Shown here one piece after another: positions 1-8,501 of a DNA stretch of 64,000 nucleotides. Source of the DNA: Candidatus Babelota bacterium. Lineage in GTDB: Bacteria; Babelota; Babeliae; Babelales; JAUPTZ01. How positions within the stretch are numbered: the stretch's first letter is position 1; every line of letters begins with the position of its first letter. A model generated the notes under the pieces. It was given only the letters and a program-made list of their open reading frames with translations, was not told where the DNA came from and did not search any database. The stretch lies in NCBI GenBank assembly GCA_030917815.1, contig JAUPTZ010000013.1, positions 3,109 to 67,108 of the forward strand. The letters are read 5' to 3'. The position numbers and the translations under genes are program-made.

Positions 1-108
1 CGCATGAGCTGTATCAACAACAGCTTTAAGCGCCGATTTCAAATCAACTGGATCTTTAAAGGCAACCTTTTCTTGGGCTTGTCTATGTTTTTTTCCAATA
101 TTCGCCAT
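1..108 (-). CDS. rplA: 50S ribosomal protein L1, first 36 codons (gene runs off the left edge)
   Basis: Reverse strand has ATG at 106-108, then MANIGKKHRQAQEKVAFKDPVDLKSALKAVVDTAHA, open to base 1. The N-terminus is L1-like and the gene sits in the canonical position after rplK. Confidence 0.8.
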   Translation of the reverse strand, partial: MANIGKKHRQAQEKVAFKDPVDLKSALKAVVDTAHA

Positions 109-115
109 TACTCAC

Positions 116-538
116 CTATTCAACTATAAGACCCATACTACGCGCGCTTCCTGCGATAATCTGGCGCGCAGCTTCCAAGGTATGCGCATTCAAATCAGGC
201 ATCTTAATCTTGGCAATTTCTTCGATGGCTGCCCATGAAATCTTACCAACAGTTTGAGTACCTGTTTTGCTCGCACCTTTTTCGATTCCAGCTCGCTTAC
301 GAATTAATTCGCTTGCTGGCGGAGTTTTTATTACAAAATCAAACGTACGATCGGTGTACACGGTCACTTGAACTGGACATGTTTGACCACGTCGATCAGC
401 AGTTGCCGCATTAAATTGTTTGCAGAACTCCATCGCACTCACACCTTGCGGTCCAAGCGCCGAGCCAACTGGTGGCGCAGGCGTCGCACTACCGCCGGCA
501 ATCTGCATTTTTAGTCTGGCTTTCACCTCTTTGGCCAT
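116..538 (-). CDS. rplK: 50S ribosomal protein L11
   Basis: 140-aa [25 protein letters not shown] and [11 protein letters not shown] are hallmark L11 segments. Lies between nusG and rplA. Confidence 0.95.
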   Translation of the reverse strand: MAKEVKARLKMQIAGGSATPAPPVGSALGPQGVSAMEFCKQFNAATADRRGQTCPVQVTVYTDRTFDFVIKTPPASELIRKRAGIEKGASKTGTQTVGKISWAAIEEIAKIKMPDLNAHTLEAARQIIAGSARSMGLIVE

Positions 539-551
539 TGTTGCTCCTTAC

Positions 552-1076
552 CTACACTTTAACTTGATCAAATCCTAATTCGACTGGTGTCATTCGACCA
601 AAAATGCTCACCATCACCGTAACACGCTCATGCTCATCATCTACTCGCTCTACCACCCCAACGAAACCAGAGAATGGGCCGCCAGTAATATGTACTTCTC
701 CACCAACCGCGTATTGCGTACTGTCGATTGATACCGACAATCCACCTTCGATTTGATTGAAAATACGTTCAACTTCACGGTCGGTTAACGCCATCGGACT
801 CTCTCCACCCAAGAATCGGGTAAACCGAGGAACATTAACCACTATTCGATGAGCCTCTCCAACCATCTCCATATGTATTAGGAGATAGCCTGGAAAAATT
901 TTTTCCTTAGCTGCGCCCTGCTCAGAGAACGCACTAATCATTTCGCCTTTTGGCACCAAAATTTTGCCGAACAACTCTTCAGCCTTCTCTTCCTGAACTC
1001 GCTTCTCAAGATCGGCCTTTACTCTATCTTCGTATCCGGTATAAACCTGAACAACATACCACCGCTTCATCAACAC
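552..1076 (-). CDS. nusG: Transcription termination/antitermination factor NusG
   Basis: 174-aa ORF with KRWYVVQVYTGYE (NGN start) and a C-terminal KOW-like GGPFSGFVGVVERVD. secE-nusG-rplK order is conserved. Start may be 1076 or 1070. Confidence 0.92.
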   Translation of the reverse strand: MLMKRWYVVQVYTGYEDRVKADLEKRVQEEKAEELFGKILVPKGEMISAFSEQGAAKEKIFPGYLLIHMEMVGEAHRIVVNVPRFTRFLGGESPMALTDREVERIFNQIEGGLSVSIDSTQYAVGGEVHITGGPFSGFVGVVERVDDEHERVTVMVSIFGRMTPVELGFDQVKV

Positions 1077-1100
1077 ATCCTTAGCTTGAACAACTTCTAA

Positions 1101-1298
1101 CTATCCACCGATAACGTATTTAACCGCAGTAGCAAATCCAGAATCCATGAGACCAAGAATTACCGCACAGACTAGAGCAAACAAACAAACAACGATCGAG
1201 GAGCCAATCAGCTCAGAACGCGTTGGCCATACAATTTTTTTAATTTCCCCAAGAACCTCTTGGAAAAAGAGAAGAGCCTTTGAAAACGCACTGACCAT
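1101..1298 (-). CDS. secE: Preprotein translocase subunit SecE (short form)
   Basis: 65-aa ORF with EIKKIVWPTRSEL followed by one TM helix. Immediately upstream of nusG. Confidence 0.85.
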   Translation of the reverse strand: MVSAFSKALLFFQEVLGEIKKIVWPTRSELIGSSIVVCLFALVCAVILGLMDSGFATAVKYVIGG

Positions 1299-1352
1299 GA
1301 CGACTACCTCTTGCTTATTTTTTATATACTGGTTGTTTTACATCTAACAATT

Positions 1353-1428
1353 TGGCAGGCCAGGAGGGACTCGAACCCCCAACACGCGGATTTGGAGTCC
1401 GCTGCTCTACCATTGGAGCTACTGACCT
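1353..1428 (-). tRNA. tRNA-Trp (anticodon CCA)
   Basis: Hand-folded cloverleaf: acceptor AGGTCAG/CTGGCCT, anticodon loop CTCCAAA, T-loop TTCGAGT, encoded CCA. Confidence 0.9.
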
Positions 1429-1461
1429 ACACCTTATCCTCGAAATACCCCACCCTAATTC

Positions 1462-1537
1462 TGGAGCCCGCGACTGGATTCGAACCAGCGACCTCTCCCT
1501 TACCAAGGAAGTGCTCTGCCAACTGAGCTACGTGGGC
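1462..1537 (-). tRNA. tRNA-Thr (anticodon GGT)
   Basis: Acceptor GCCCACG/CGCGGGC, D-arm GCTCAGTTGGCAGAGC, anticodon loop TTGGTAA, T-loop TTCGAAT, encoded CCA. Confidence 0.9.
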
Positions 1538-1709
1538 GTATAATTTTTATAAAACCGCCCTAATAACCTAGATAATTCGACCCGCGCCTAGACCCACGAA
1601 GAGCAATCATAAAATGATTTCCCAAAAAAGGCAAACCGGATTCATACTTATCTTTAGTTATTTATCCCCTATTTCTCTTAACTTTTTCTCTAGCTTGACC
1701 GAGATATAT

Positions 1710-1940
1710 CCTCCTACGCATAAATGCTTCGGCGGACTGACGTCGCTGCCACACTCCTCCCTCGCTACTGCATCATAGCTACGGCGAACTATCGCACTTC
1801 AATGAATAAAGCCCTCCTACGCCCACATGAGGCTTCGGCGGGCAACGCTTTCGCACTCCATCAGTCAGGCCCTTAAAAAGGATGGCCTGCCAGCTGGAGC
1901 CTCTTTACGGCGTACCTTGCGGCGCCGTAAAGGCGAAAGC
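1710..1940. repeat. Two units of the GC-rich modular hairpin repeat family (1710-1808 and 1811-1940); the second abuts the CCA end of tRNA-Thr(TGT)
   Basis: 1811-1940 aligns almost base for base with 2071-2176 and 2240-2261 (cctcctacgcccacatg.ggcttcggcgg...ctttcgcactccatcagtcaggcc...tggcctgccagctggagcctcttt.cggcgtacctt). Nested stems can be drawn by hand. Confidence 0.8.
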
Positions 1941-2016
1941 TGGAGCCGGCAACAGGACTTGAACCCGTGACCTACTGATTACAAATCAGTTGCTCTACCA
2001 ACTGAGCTATGCCGGC
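1941..2016 (-). tRNA. tRNA-Thr (anticodon TGT)
   Basis: Acceptor GCCGGCA/TGCCGGC, anticodon stem ACTGA/TCAGT with loop TTTGTAA, T-loop TTCAAGT, encoded CCA. Confidence 0.9.
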
Positions 2017-2070
2017 ATCTTTATTTTTCGTACTAAATCACACGACTTACGCCACCCTTCGGAAACATAG

Positions 2071-2261
2071 TCCTCCTACGCCCACATGGGGCTTCGGCGG
2101 ACGACGCTTTCGCACTCCATCAGTCAGGCCGTTAAAGAAAGTGGCCTGCCAGCTGGAGCCTCTTTGCGGCGTACCTTCGACTTCGCTCTTGCGAGCTGCG
2201 TCGTAACGCGCCTTAGCCCAAAAACGGGCGGCGCCGCAACCGCCGCCGCAAAGGCGAAAGA
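2071..2261. repeat. Hairpin-repeat unit abutting the CCA end of tRNA-Gly, with a second module nested in its hairpin loop
   Basis: Same consensus as 1811-1940, plus about 70 extra nt (2180-2245) carrying cgacttcg...cgtcgtaacgcgccttagccc, a module also seen at 9498-9557 and 13708-13766. Confidence 0.8.
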
Positions 2262-2338
2262 TGGAGCGGGAAACGGGACTCGAACCCGCAACCTACAGCT
2301 TGGAAGGCTGTCGCTCTAGCCAATTGAGCTATTCCCGC
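2262..2338 (-). tRNA. tRNA-Gly (anticodon TCC)
   Basis: Acceptor GCGGGAA/TTCCCGC, anticodon stem ACAGC/GCTGT with loop CTTCCAA, T-loop TTCGAGT, encoded CCA. Confidence 0.9.
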
Positions 2339-2378
2339 GCGTTTAGTACCTATATTTTGGTCTGCATTTAGTATTGTG

Positions 2379-2537
2379 CTTTGCGCTCGCCACCGCGGCC
2401 TTTGATCAGCCCTGAGAAGCTTGTGAGCGAGGCGCAGTCGGTCCGCCGTCGCCCTTACGGGCTATGGCGCGACATCCTCCTTCGCCTTATCCTAACTTGC
2501 CGGACGTAAGTCGCGACGAAGCCTTGGCGAAGTCGGA
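2379..2537. repeat. GC-rich repeat-family segment abutting the CCA end of tRNA-Tyr
   Basis: Contains the family words gtccgccgtcgcc, catcctccttcgcc and (reverse strand) tccgacttcgccaaggcttcgtcgcg, matching cccgacttcgcatagcttcgtcgcgg at 13708. Confidence 0.65.
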
Positions 2538-2622
2538 TGGTGGGGAGAACAGGATTCGAACCTGTGAAGGCTTAGCCAACGGATTTACAGTCCGTCCCCT
2601 TTGGCCGCTCGGGAATCTCCCC
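2538..2622 (-). tRNA. tRNA-Tyr (anticodon GTA), long variable arm
   Basis: Acceptor GGGGAGA/TCTCCCC, anticodon loop CTGTAAA, long extra arm, T-loop TTCGAAT, encoded CCA. Confidence 0.9.
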
Positions 2623-2720
2623 GTCAAACACTCTACTATACGCACTAATGAAAACTTCAAAGAAACAAGAAGGGTGATATGATACCGTTTTTACCACAGA
2701 ATGCAACTACTTTTTTTGCT

Positions 2721-3203
2721 TTATTCTTCAACTGCAGCGCCAACCAGGCCGCTGATGTCACCATGGTGCGCCCAATGCAACTCACGTAAACCCTCATTTT
2801 TAGCCAGATATTTAAATGTTAGAGCAAGAATTCGAGCTCGATAGGCCGGTCGCTCAATAAGCGAGGCAATACGATCAGGCCACTCAATAAGGACAATCCC
2901 TCGCGGGTCGTTAAGGTAGTCGGCAAACCCAAACGATTCAAATTCTTCAATGCCACTGATGCGATACAAATCAAAGTGATAAATCGTCACGCCGGCCAAT
3001 GCATACACACTCACATACGAATAGGTAGGTGACACAACCGGCTCAGCAACACCCAATTCAGCACACAATCGCTGCACAAAAGTGGTTTTCCCAGCCCCCA
3101 ACAGCCCGGTCAACGTCATAATCGTTCCTGGCTGCAGCTGGTTACTAAATAGTTTAACTACCGCATCAAGCTGCTGAACCGAGTACTGCATACTTTTTAG
3201 CAT
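2721..3203 (-). CDS. tsaE: tRNA t6A37 biosynthesis ATPase TsaE (YjeE family)
   Basis: 160-aa ORF with P-loop GLLGAGKTTFVQ, SPTYSYV and HFDLYRI motifs typical of TsaE. Confidence 0.85.
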   Translation of the reverse strand: MLKSMQYSVQQLDAVVKLFSNQLQPGTIMTLTGLLGAGKTTFVQRLCAELGVAEPVVSPTYSYVSVYALAGVTIYHFDLYRISGIEEFESFGFADYLNDPRGIVLIEWPDRIASLIERPAYRARILALTFKYLAKNEGLRELHWAHHGDISGLVGAAVEE

Positions 3204-3215
3204 ATCTCATTCCTC

Positions 3216-3842
3216 TCAACCTAGTTTTTTGCGCACGCTAATGCGGGCTTTCTCCTGCTTACTCAGGGAGCCCTTGTTGGTACGCAGCTTCGTCACACTG
3301 TCCTCTTTTTTGCCAACGCCACTAACACTCGCTTCAATCATCAATGAATCGACATCAATGCCCTCCGGCATGTCTTCGAGCTCTATCACATCATTTTCAA
3401 GTTTTGTTATAACAATCTCACCATACCGATGCGAGGTAGCGGCACTTTCTTCTTGCTGGGCACATACCGACTGCACCAACCCCCAAAACTCATGTACCCC
3501 CATAGCCGCACCGCGGTGCACCGCTACACGTTGCTGCAACTCACGATCATTGCTAATTAACAACCCTTTTTCTCGGAGATCTTGCGCATACTGAACCAAC
3601 ACATCATCGGCCTTGCGCCTAGCTCCTGCGTAGATTACTACTAACCCACCAATAATTTCTCGTGTTTTGTGAAGAAACAGCCCACCGTCAAACACTACCC
3701 GGATCTCCTGTATTTCATCACGCTTCGCCTTACGGTAAGCAGAAAGTTTTGAGAGAAACCAATTGACCTGTGCCTCATAGGCCTGACGATCACCCGGATA
3801 TAAAAAGCGCACGACGTTATAGGCATCTATCAATAAAATCAT
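3216..3842 (-). CDS. YacP-like NYN-domain protein (putative RNase)
   Basis: ILLIDAYNVV...VVFDGG...VIYAG...ADD pattern of the YacP/NYN family. The likely start is the Met at 3842; the ORF track extends to 3863. Confidence 0.7.
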   Translation of the reverse strand: MILLIDAYNVVRFLYPGDRQAYEAQVNWFLSKLSAYRKAKRDEIQEIRVVFDGGLFLHKTREIIGGLVVIYAGARRKADDVLVQYAQDLREKGLLISNDRELQQRVAVHRGAAMGVHEFWGLVQSVCAQQEESAATSHRYGEIVITKLENDVIELEDMPEGIDVDSLMIEASVSGVGKKEDSVTKLRTNKGSLSKQEKARISVRKKLG

Positions 3843-3935
3843 ATAAAATAATACCAATCCCAATTGAGTTCATGCTACAAGTTGCGTACACTGCAATCTA
3901 ACATCTCTTTGCAAAAATAATAAGGACCGTATCTC

Positions 3936-4808
3936 ATGGCTCATCTGTCACATATAAAAAATAGAATCCAAACTATTCAAAAAACGCAGAAGATCACCAA
4001 AGCCATGAGATTGATCGCCATGTCGTTTTACTCAAAGTTGGAACGGCAACGATCGATGCTCAACAACTATCGCGCAACCACAAAAACACTCACCAACATT
4101 CTCCATCAGGGGCAGGCAACAATCCCGGCAATTTACGGCGCTCATTCAAAAGCAAAGCCGCAACCATTGATCATTGTATGCTCAAGCGCCAAAGGACTCT
4201 GCGGTGGCCTCAACAACAACATTATTCGTTTTTTTGAACGCTCGCTTATTGCCACCAAAAGCGTAAAGCCGTCATTTATTACCATAGGCAGTAAGGCATG
4301 CGCCTATTTGCAAGACAGCAGTCACGGCACCATCGTGGAAAAAATAGCCGATTACCATCTCAATTCCATCGACAAGCTGGCAACCACTATCGTCAATCAT
4401 ATTCTTACTAAAAAAGAACCGTATACATCGGTCGTTATTTATTACACACATCTTAAGAATTTCTTTATTCAAACGCCTCGCAAAGAACAATTGCTGCCGC
4501 TCGTTACGACGAATGAAGAAACCGGCGAAGCAATAACCGTATCCCCGCTCAAAGAGAGTGAAAAATATCTATGGGAACAAGATCCGGACCGGCTCGGTCA
4601 AGCACTGATACGACAGCACTTATACAGCGAGATCATTTTTGCTTTGTTCAGCAATCTTATCTCTGAAAATGCGGCCCGCTTCATCGCAATGGACCAATCG
4701 ACTAATAATGCGCATAAATACTTAGAAACACTTAATTTGGCCTATAATAAGTCACGGCAAAATATTATCACACGAGAGATTGCCGAACTATCAAGCAGCT
4801 TTGACTAG
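3936..4808 (+). CDS. atpG: F1 ATP synthase gamma subunit, not flanked by other atp genes
   Basis: 290-aa ORF. N-terminal IKNRIQTIQKTQKITKAMRLIAMS and C-terminal ENAARFIAMDQSTNNA...LAYNKSRQNIITREIAEL match the two conserved gamma-subunit helices. Confidence 0.85.
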   Translation: MAHLSHIKNRIQTIQKTQKITKAMRLIAMSFYSKLERQRSMLNNYRATTKTLTNILHQGQATIPAIYGAHSKAKPQPLIIVCSSAKGLCGGLNNNIIRFFERSLIATKSVKPSFITIGSKACAYLQDSSHGTIVEKIADYHLNSIDKLATTIVNHILTKKEPYTSVVIYYTHLKNFFIQTPRKEQLLPLVTTNEETGEAITVSPLKESEKYLWEQDPDRLGQALIRQHLYSEIIFALFSNLISENAARFIAMDQSTNNAHKYLETLNLAYNKSRQNIITREIAELSSSFD

Positions 4809-4912
4809 CCATTGCCTTGGACTCCTTTCTCGCATAAACTACCCCCCGATGTTGACCTCACAGAAAAACATCCCTCATTTCTCTTTTACTCTCAAAACAG
4901 GGATCACCGACT

Positions 4913-5551
4913 ATGACCGATGTACGTGAAACGGTATACATACCGGCTAAAAAAAGCCCAGGACGCCTTGAAGTAATTTGCGGATCTATGTTTTCTGGTA
5001 AAACAGAGGAACTCATGCGACGATTACGCCGCGCCGAGTTTGCCAAGCAAACCGTTCTTACTATCAAGCACCTCATCGATTCTCGCGCACATCACCAATG
5101 CATTCTATCGCATGATGGACAAGAACGCTCGGCCCATCCTATCGACAATACACCACAAGGGATTAGAAAGATTTTAACCCTCGCCTCAACCGGTATTGAT
5201 GTAATCGGCATTGATGAATTACAATTTTTCCCTAAAGAGATTATCCCGGTTATCATCAGCCTTATTGAGCAAGGCAAACGAGTAGTCGTAGCCGGACTCG
5301 ATCTTGATTTTCGGGGCGAGCCGTTTGGCGTAATGCCAACCATAATGGCCCTGGCAGACAGCATTAGCAAACTCAATGCTATTTGCAGCACCTGCGGAAA
5401 AAGCTCTCACTTCTCCCAGCGCATCGTAAACGGTGAACCGGCCAAATATGACGACCCCCTCATGCTCGTAGGTGCAGCTGAAACCTACGAACCTCGCTGC
5501 CGTACCTGTTTTGTTATAGAAAAAAAACCTGAACAAAGGATGTTTTTATGA
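4913..5551 (+). CDS. tdk: Thymidine kinase (TK1 type), copy 1
   Basis: GSMFSGKTEEL P-loop, IDELQFF, and zinc-ligand pairs CSTCG and CRTC. Confidence 0.9.
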   Translation: MTDVRETVYIPAKKSPGRLEVICGSMFSGKTEELMRRLRRAEFAKQTVLTIKHLIDSRAHHQCILSHDGQERSAHPIDNTPQGIRKILTLASTGIDVIGIDELQFFPKEIIPVIISLIEQGKRVVVAGLDLDFRGEPFGVMPTIMALADSISKLNAICSTCGKSSHFSQRIVNGEPAKYDDPLMLVGAAETYEPRCRTCFVIEKKPEQRMFL

Positions 5552-6153
5552 AATCAAAAAAAGGCTCGCTTGAGGTCGTAGCCGGCTGCATGTTCTCCGG
5601 AAAAACCGAGGAGCTTATGCGCCTTGTCCGCCGTGCCGAGTATGCAAAACAGTCGGTTATCACCATCAAACATCGCATCGATAACCGAGTTCATACGGCC
5701 TGCATCAATTCTCATGCCGGGCGCGTACTCGTAGCCTCTGCTGCCGACGATGTTGCCAGTCTCCGCGCCGCTATCCCTCAGAACATTGAGGTTGTCGCCA
5801 TCGACGAAGTACAATTTTTCCCTGCCGAGATTTTCACCGTTATTGAAGAGCTGGTCGATCGTGGCGTCCGCGTCATTGCGGCCGGGCTTGATACCGATTT
5901 TCGTGGCCAGCCGTTTGGCGTAATGCCACAACTCATGACCTATGCCGATCACGTACATAAGCTTTCTGCTATCTGTATGCAGTGCGGCAAAGATGCCCGC
6001 TGGACACAGCGATTAGTCAATGGCAAACCGGCAGATTGGAACGATCCACTCATCATGGTGGGTGCCGAAGATGCGTATGAAGCCCGTTGCCGCACCTGCT
6101 TTTCTATCAACAAACCAGTAACCCTTCATGGCCAAACAAACCGAACGGCATAA
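5548..6153 (+). CDS. tdk: Thymidine kinase (TK1 type), copy 2
   Basis: GCMFSGKTEEL, IDEVQFF, CMQCG and CRTC. The start ATG overlaps the copy-1 stop (ATGA at 5548-5551). Confidence 0.9.
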   Translation: MKSKKGSLEVVAGCMFSGKTEELMRLVRRAEYAKQSVITIKHRIDNRVHTACINSHAGRVLVASAADDVASLRAAIPQNIEVVAIDEVQFFPAEIFTVIEELVDRGVRVIAAGLDTDFRGQPFGVMPQLMTYADHVHKLSAICMQCGKDARWTQRLVNGKPADWNDPLIMVGAEDAYEARCRTCFSINKPVTLHGQTNRTA

Positions 6154-7483
6154 GTGCGCAAGCTGCGGCTTTGTCAGCATTAAATGGATTGGGTGCTGTC
6201 CTGAATGCAAGGCCTGGAACTCACTAGAGCCGTATACGCCAAGTAGCCAAGGACAAACCAGGCAGGGATCATATACGGCGCCTATGGCCACGCTCAGTGA
6301 TCTTGCCGGTGATGCTCACATCGTACGGTACCAAACCGGCATCAAAGAGTGGGATCGGGTTATGGGTGATGGTGGCCTAATGCCCGGGGCCTTTCTGATC
6401 GTAACCGGCGATCCCGGCATCGGTAAATCGACACTTTTGCTGCAAGTAGCGGCCGCTCTAGCAAGCAATTATGCAGTCCTCTACTTTTCATCGGAAGAAT
6501 CGGGCGCGCAGCTTAAACAACGGGGCCTTCGTCTTGGCCTTACCTCAACCCCACTCTTACGCTTTTCTGACTGCGCCGATCTCTCGACTATTATTGCGAC
6601 GGCCCAGGCCGAAAAACCGGCGGTGCTTATCATCGATTCGATTCAGAACTGCTTTGTACAAGAAGAGGAACGACAAACACTACCCGGCTCTATTAATCAC
6701 TTGAAGCAGGCCGGCTTCCTTCTCATGACGCTCGCAAAAAAGCATAACATCACCGTTATCGTAACCGGTCACATAACTAAGGAAGGTCAGATGGCCGGGC
6801 CAAAATTGTTGGAGCACATCGTCGATGGTGTTTTCTATCTTCAAGGAGAAGATCGTTGGCATGTACGTATGCTGCGAGCGGTTAAGAACCGGTTCGGCAC
6901 TATTGATGAGATTGGTTTCTTTGAAATGGCCCCAAACGGCCTTCAGTCGGTTAACAACATCAATGCCCACTTATTAAGCCAGGCTACACACGCACCAGGA
7001 TCGGCTCTCACCTGCAGCATCGAAGGCACCCGGCCGCTACTCCTTGAACTTCAGGCACTCTGCGTACCAACCAAATTCAGCATGCCGCAACGGATAGTCA
7101 CCGGCGTTGACCCTAAGCGAGTTGCACTGATCGCCGCCATCTTAGAAAAGTACTTACAAATCGGTCTGAGTAGTGTTGATATCTTTTTTAAGGTCAGTGG
7201 TGGCTGCACCATCAAAGAAAGTGCCAGTGATCTTGCCATTGCACTTGCCCTCCTTTCTTCGTTCTTTCAACACCCACTACCGGAAAAATCGGTCGCCCTC
7301 GGAGAGATTAGCCTCACCGGCCACATTAAGCCGATTAGCTATCTTGAGCCCCGAATCAAAGAAGCACAGACCTTTGGGCTTACAACGATTTTTATATCGG
7401 AGGAACAGCAGTACCAAGGATCGGGCGCCATGCAGCGATTTAAGAACGTGTATCAATTACTGAAGCTATTTCCTGCCGGCTAG
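6128..7483 (+). CDS. radA: DNA repair protein RadA (Sms)
   Basis: N-terminal C4 zinc finger CASCG...CPEC, Walker A GDPGIGKSTLL, KNRFG motif and a Lon-like C-terminal domain. Confidence 0.92.
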   Translation: MAKQTERHKCASCGFVSIKWIGCCPECKAWNSLEPYTPSSQGQTRQGSYTAPMATLSDLAGDAHIVRYQTGIKEWDRVMGDGGLMPGAFLIVTGDPGIGKSTLLLQVAAALASNYAVLYFSSEESGAQLKQRGLRLGLTSTPLLRFSDCADLSTIIATAQAEKPAVLIIDSIQNCFVQEEERQTLPGSINHLKQAGFLLMTLAKKHNITVIVTGHITKEGQMAGPKLLEHIVDGVFYLQGEDRWHVRMLRAVKNRFGTIDEIGFFEMAPNGLQSVNNINAHLLSQATHAPGSALTCSIEGTRPLLLELQALCVPTKFSMPQRIVTGVDPKRVALIAAILEKYLQIGLSSVDIFFKVSGGCTIKESASDLAIALALLSSFFQHPLPEKSVALGEISLTGHIKPISYLEPRIKEAQTFGLTTIFISEEQQYQGSGAMQRFKNVYQLLKLFPAG

Positions 7484-7490
7484 GAGTCGA

Positions 7491-8378
7491 TTAGGCTGTA
7501 GGGGCGCCCTTAGCCCGAAGAAGCCGCGCAATCTCTTCCCGTTGCGTAGCCGGATATCGAGCAACTATCTGCTCAAGTGTTGGCGTACCAGCCGAACCAA
7601 GCCAGCTAAAATCACGCCCATTCTTAACCAGGAAATCCAATGCCGGAAAATAGTCATCATACTGCTTCAAGCAATGCCAATGTCTTCTAAAAACTTCTGG
7701 CAAGTTCGCTTCAAGAGTATCATCATAGGGAACACCTTCCTCTACAAAAATTTTCAATCTATTCGATGCAATATCTCTGTTGAAGATACTCCATAAACTT
7801 TGCTTCAGCGTACGATAATCAACCAATTTAACGATATTTCTTACCTGGCACTCGGTTAAAAAAGCAAACTGAGTACTCAATATGCCGGGGATCTGATTAC
7901 TCACCTCTTCCGGCGCCTTGACACCCATACGCACCAGCGTATCTACTTTAACGTTACTATCCAGGAACGTAAGCCGATCATCATTGCTCGTTGCGTTCCA
8001 ACACCGTACCACATCGGCTTCGGTCGGAAGAATGAGCGGCCGGCTATACAGAAATGCGGTTGTCAGACTCGCAGCCACGGTTGCAGCCATGTGCCCATAG
8101 AAGGAGGTCCGTAATCGGCGCCACCTTGCCTCCTGCTTCGCTGTTTTCAGCTTTTCGAACTTTGAGGCAGCATCACACATATCTTGATAGACCCCATACG
8201 TTTTATAGGCAGCCGCAGCTGAGACACCCATCGCCAGCATCGTGCTCGATCGTGGTCCTTTGGGGAGAGAGTCATAGAGCTCATCCAATGATGAAGGCTG
8301 CTGAGGCATCACGCAGAAAGCCGGCAAGAGGAGAACCAAAGCTACAAAAGAAACCTTAGACCACGAGGTAAAAGCCAT
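7491..8378 (-). CDS. Hypothetical protein with N-terminal signal/anchor
   Basis: Long ORF. The likely start is MAFTSWSKVSFVALVLLLPAFC at 8378, with AGGA 6 nt upstream. I recognise no family. Confidence 0.6.
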   Translation of the reverse strand: MAFTSWSKVSFVALVLLLPAFCVMPQQPSSLDELYDSLPKGPRSSTMLAMGVSAAAAYKTYGVYQDMCDAASKFEKLKTAKQEARWRRLRTSFYGHMAATVAASLTTAFLYSRPLILPTEADVVRCWNATSNDDRLTFLDSNVKVDTLVRMGVKAPEEVSNQIPGILSTQFAFLTECQVRNIVKLVDYRTLKQSLWSIFNRDIASNRLKIFVEEGVPYDDTLEANLPEVFRRHWHCLKQYDDYFPALDFLVKNGRDFSWLGSAGTPTLEQIVARYPATQREEIARLLRAKGAPTA

Positions 8379-8451
8379 GATGAATCCTACACTATAATAA
8401 ACACTATACCTTTTAACGGTATCAAAAAAATCACCGGAAAACAAACAGAAA

Positions 8452-8473
8452 GGCCTCGGTTTTCACCGAGGCC
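8452..8473. terminator. Bidirectional intrinsic terminator hairpin
   Basis: ggcctcgg-ttttca-ccgaggcc with T-runs on both strands, 29 nt after the stop of the 8502-9242 gene. Confidence 0.65.
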
Positions 8474-8501
8474 TTTTGTATTCTCTTTAGAGAAAGTAGG
8501 A

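Noticed and set aside
1311-2682. ORF-track entries of 63-77 aa covering 1311-1543, 2009-2319 and 2464-2682
   Set aside because: They are translations of tRNA genes and of the GC-rich repeat modules on either strand. They have no RBS and their boundaries coincide with the tRNA/repeat structure.
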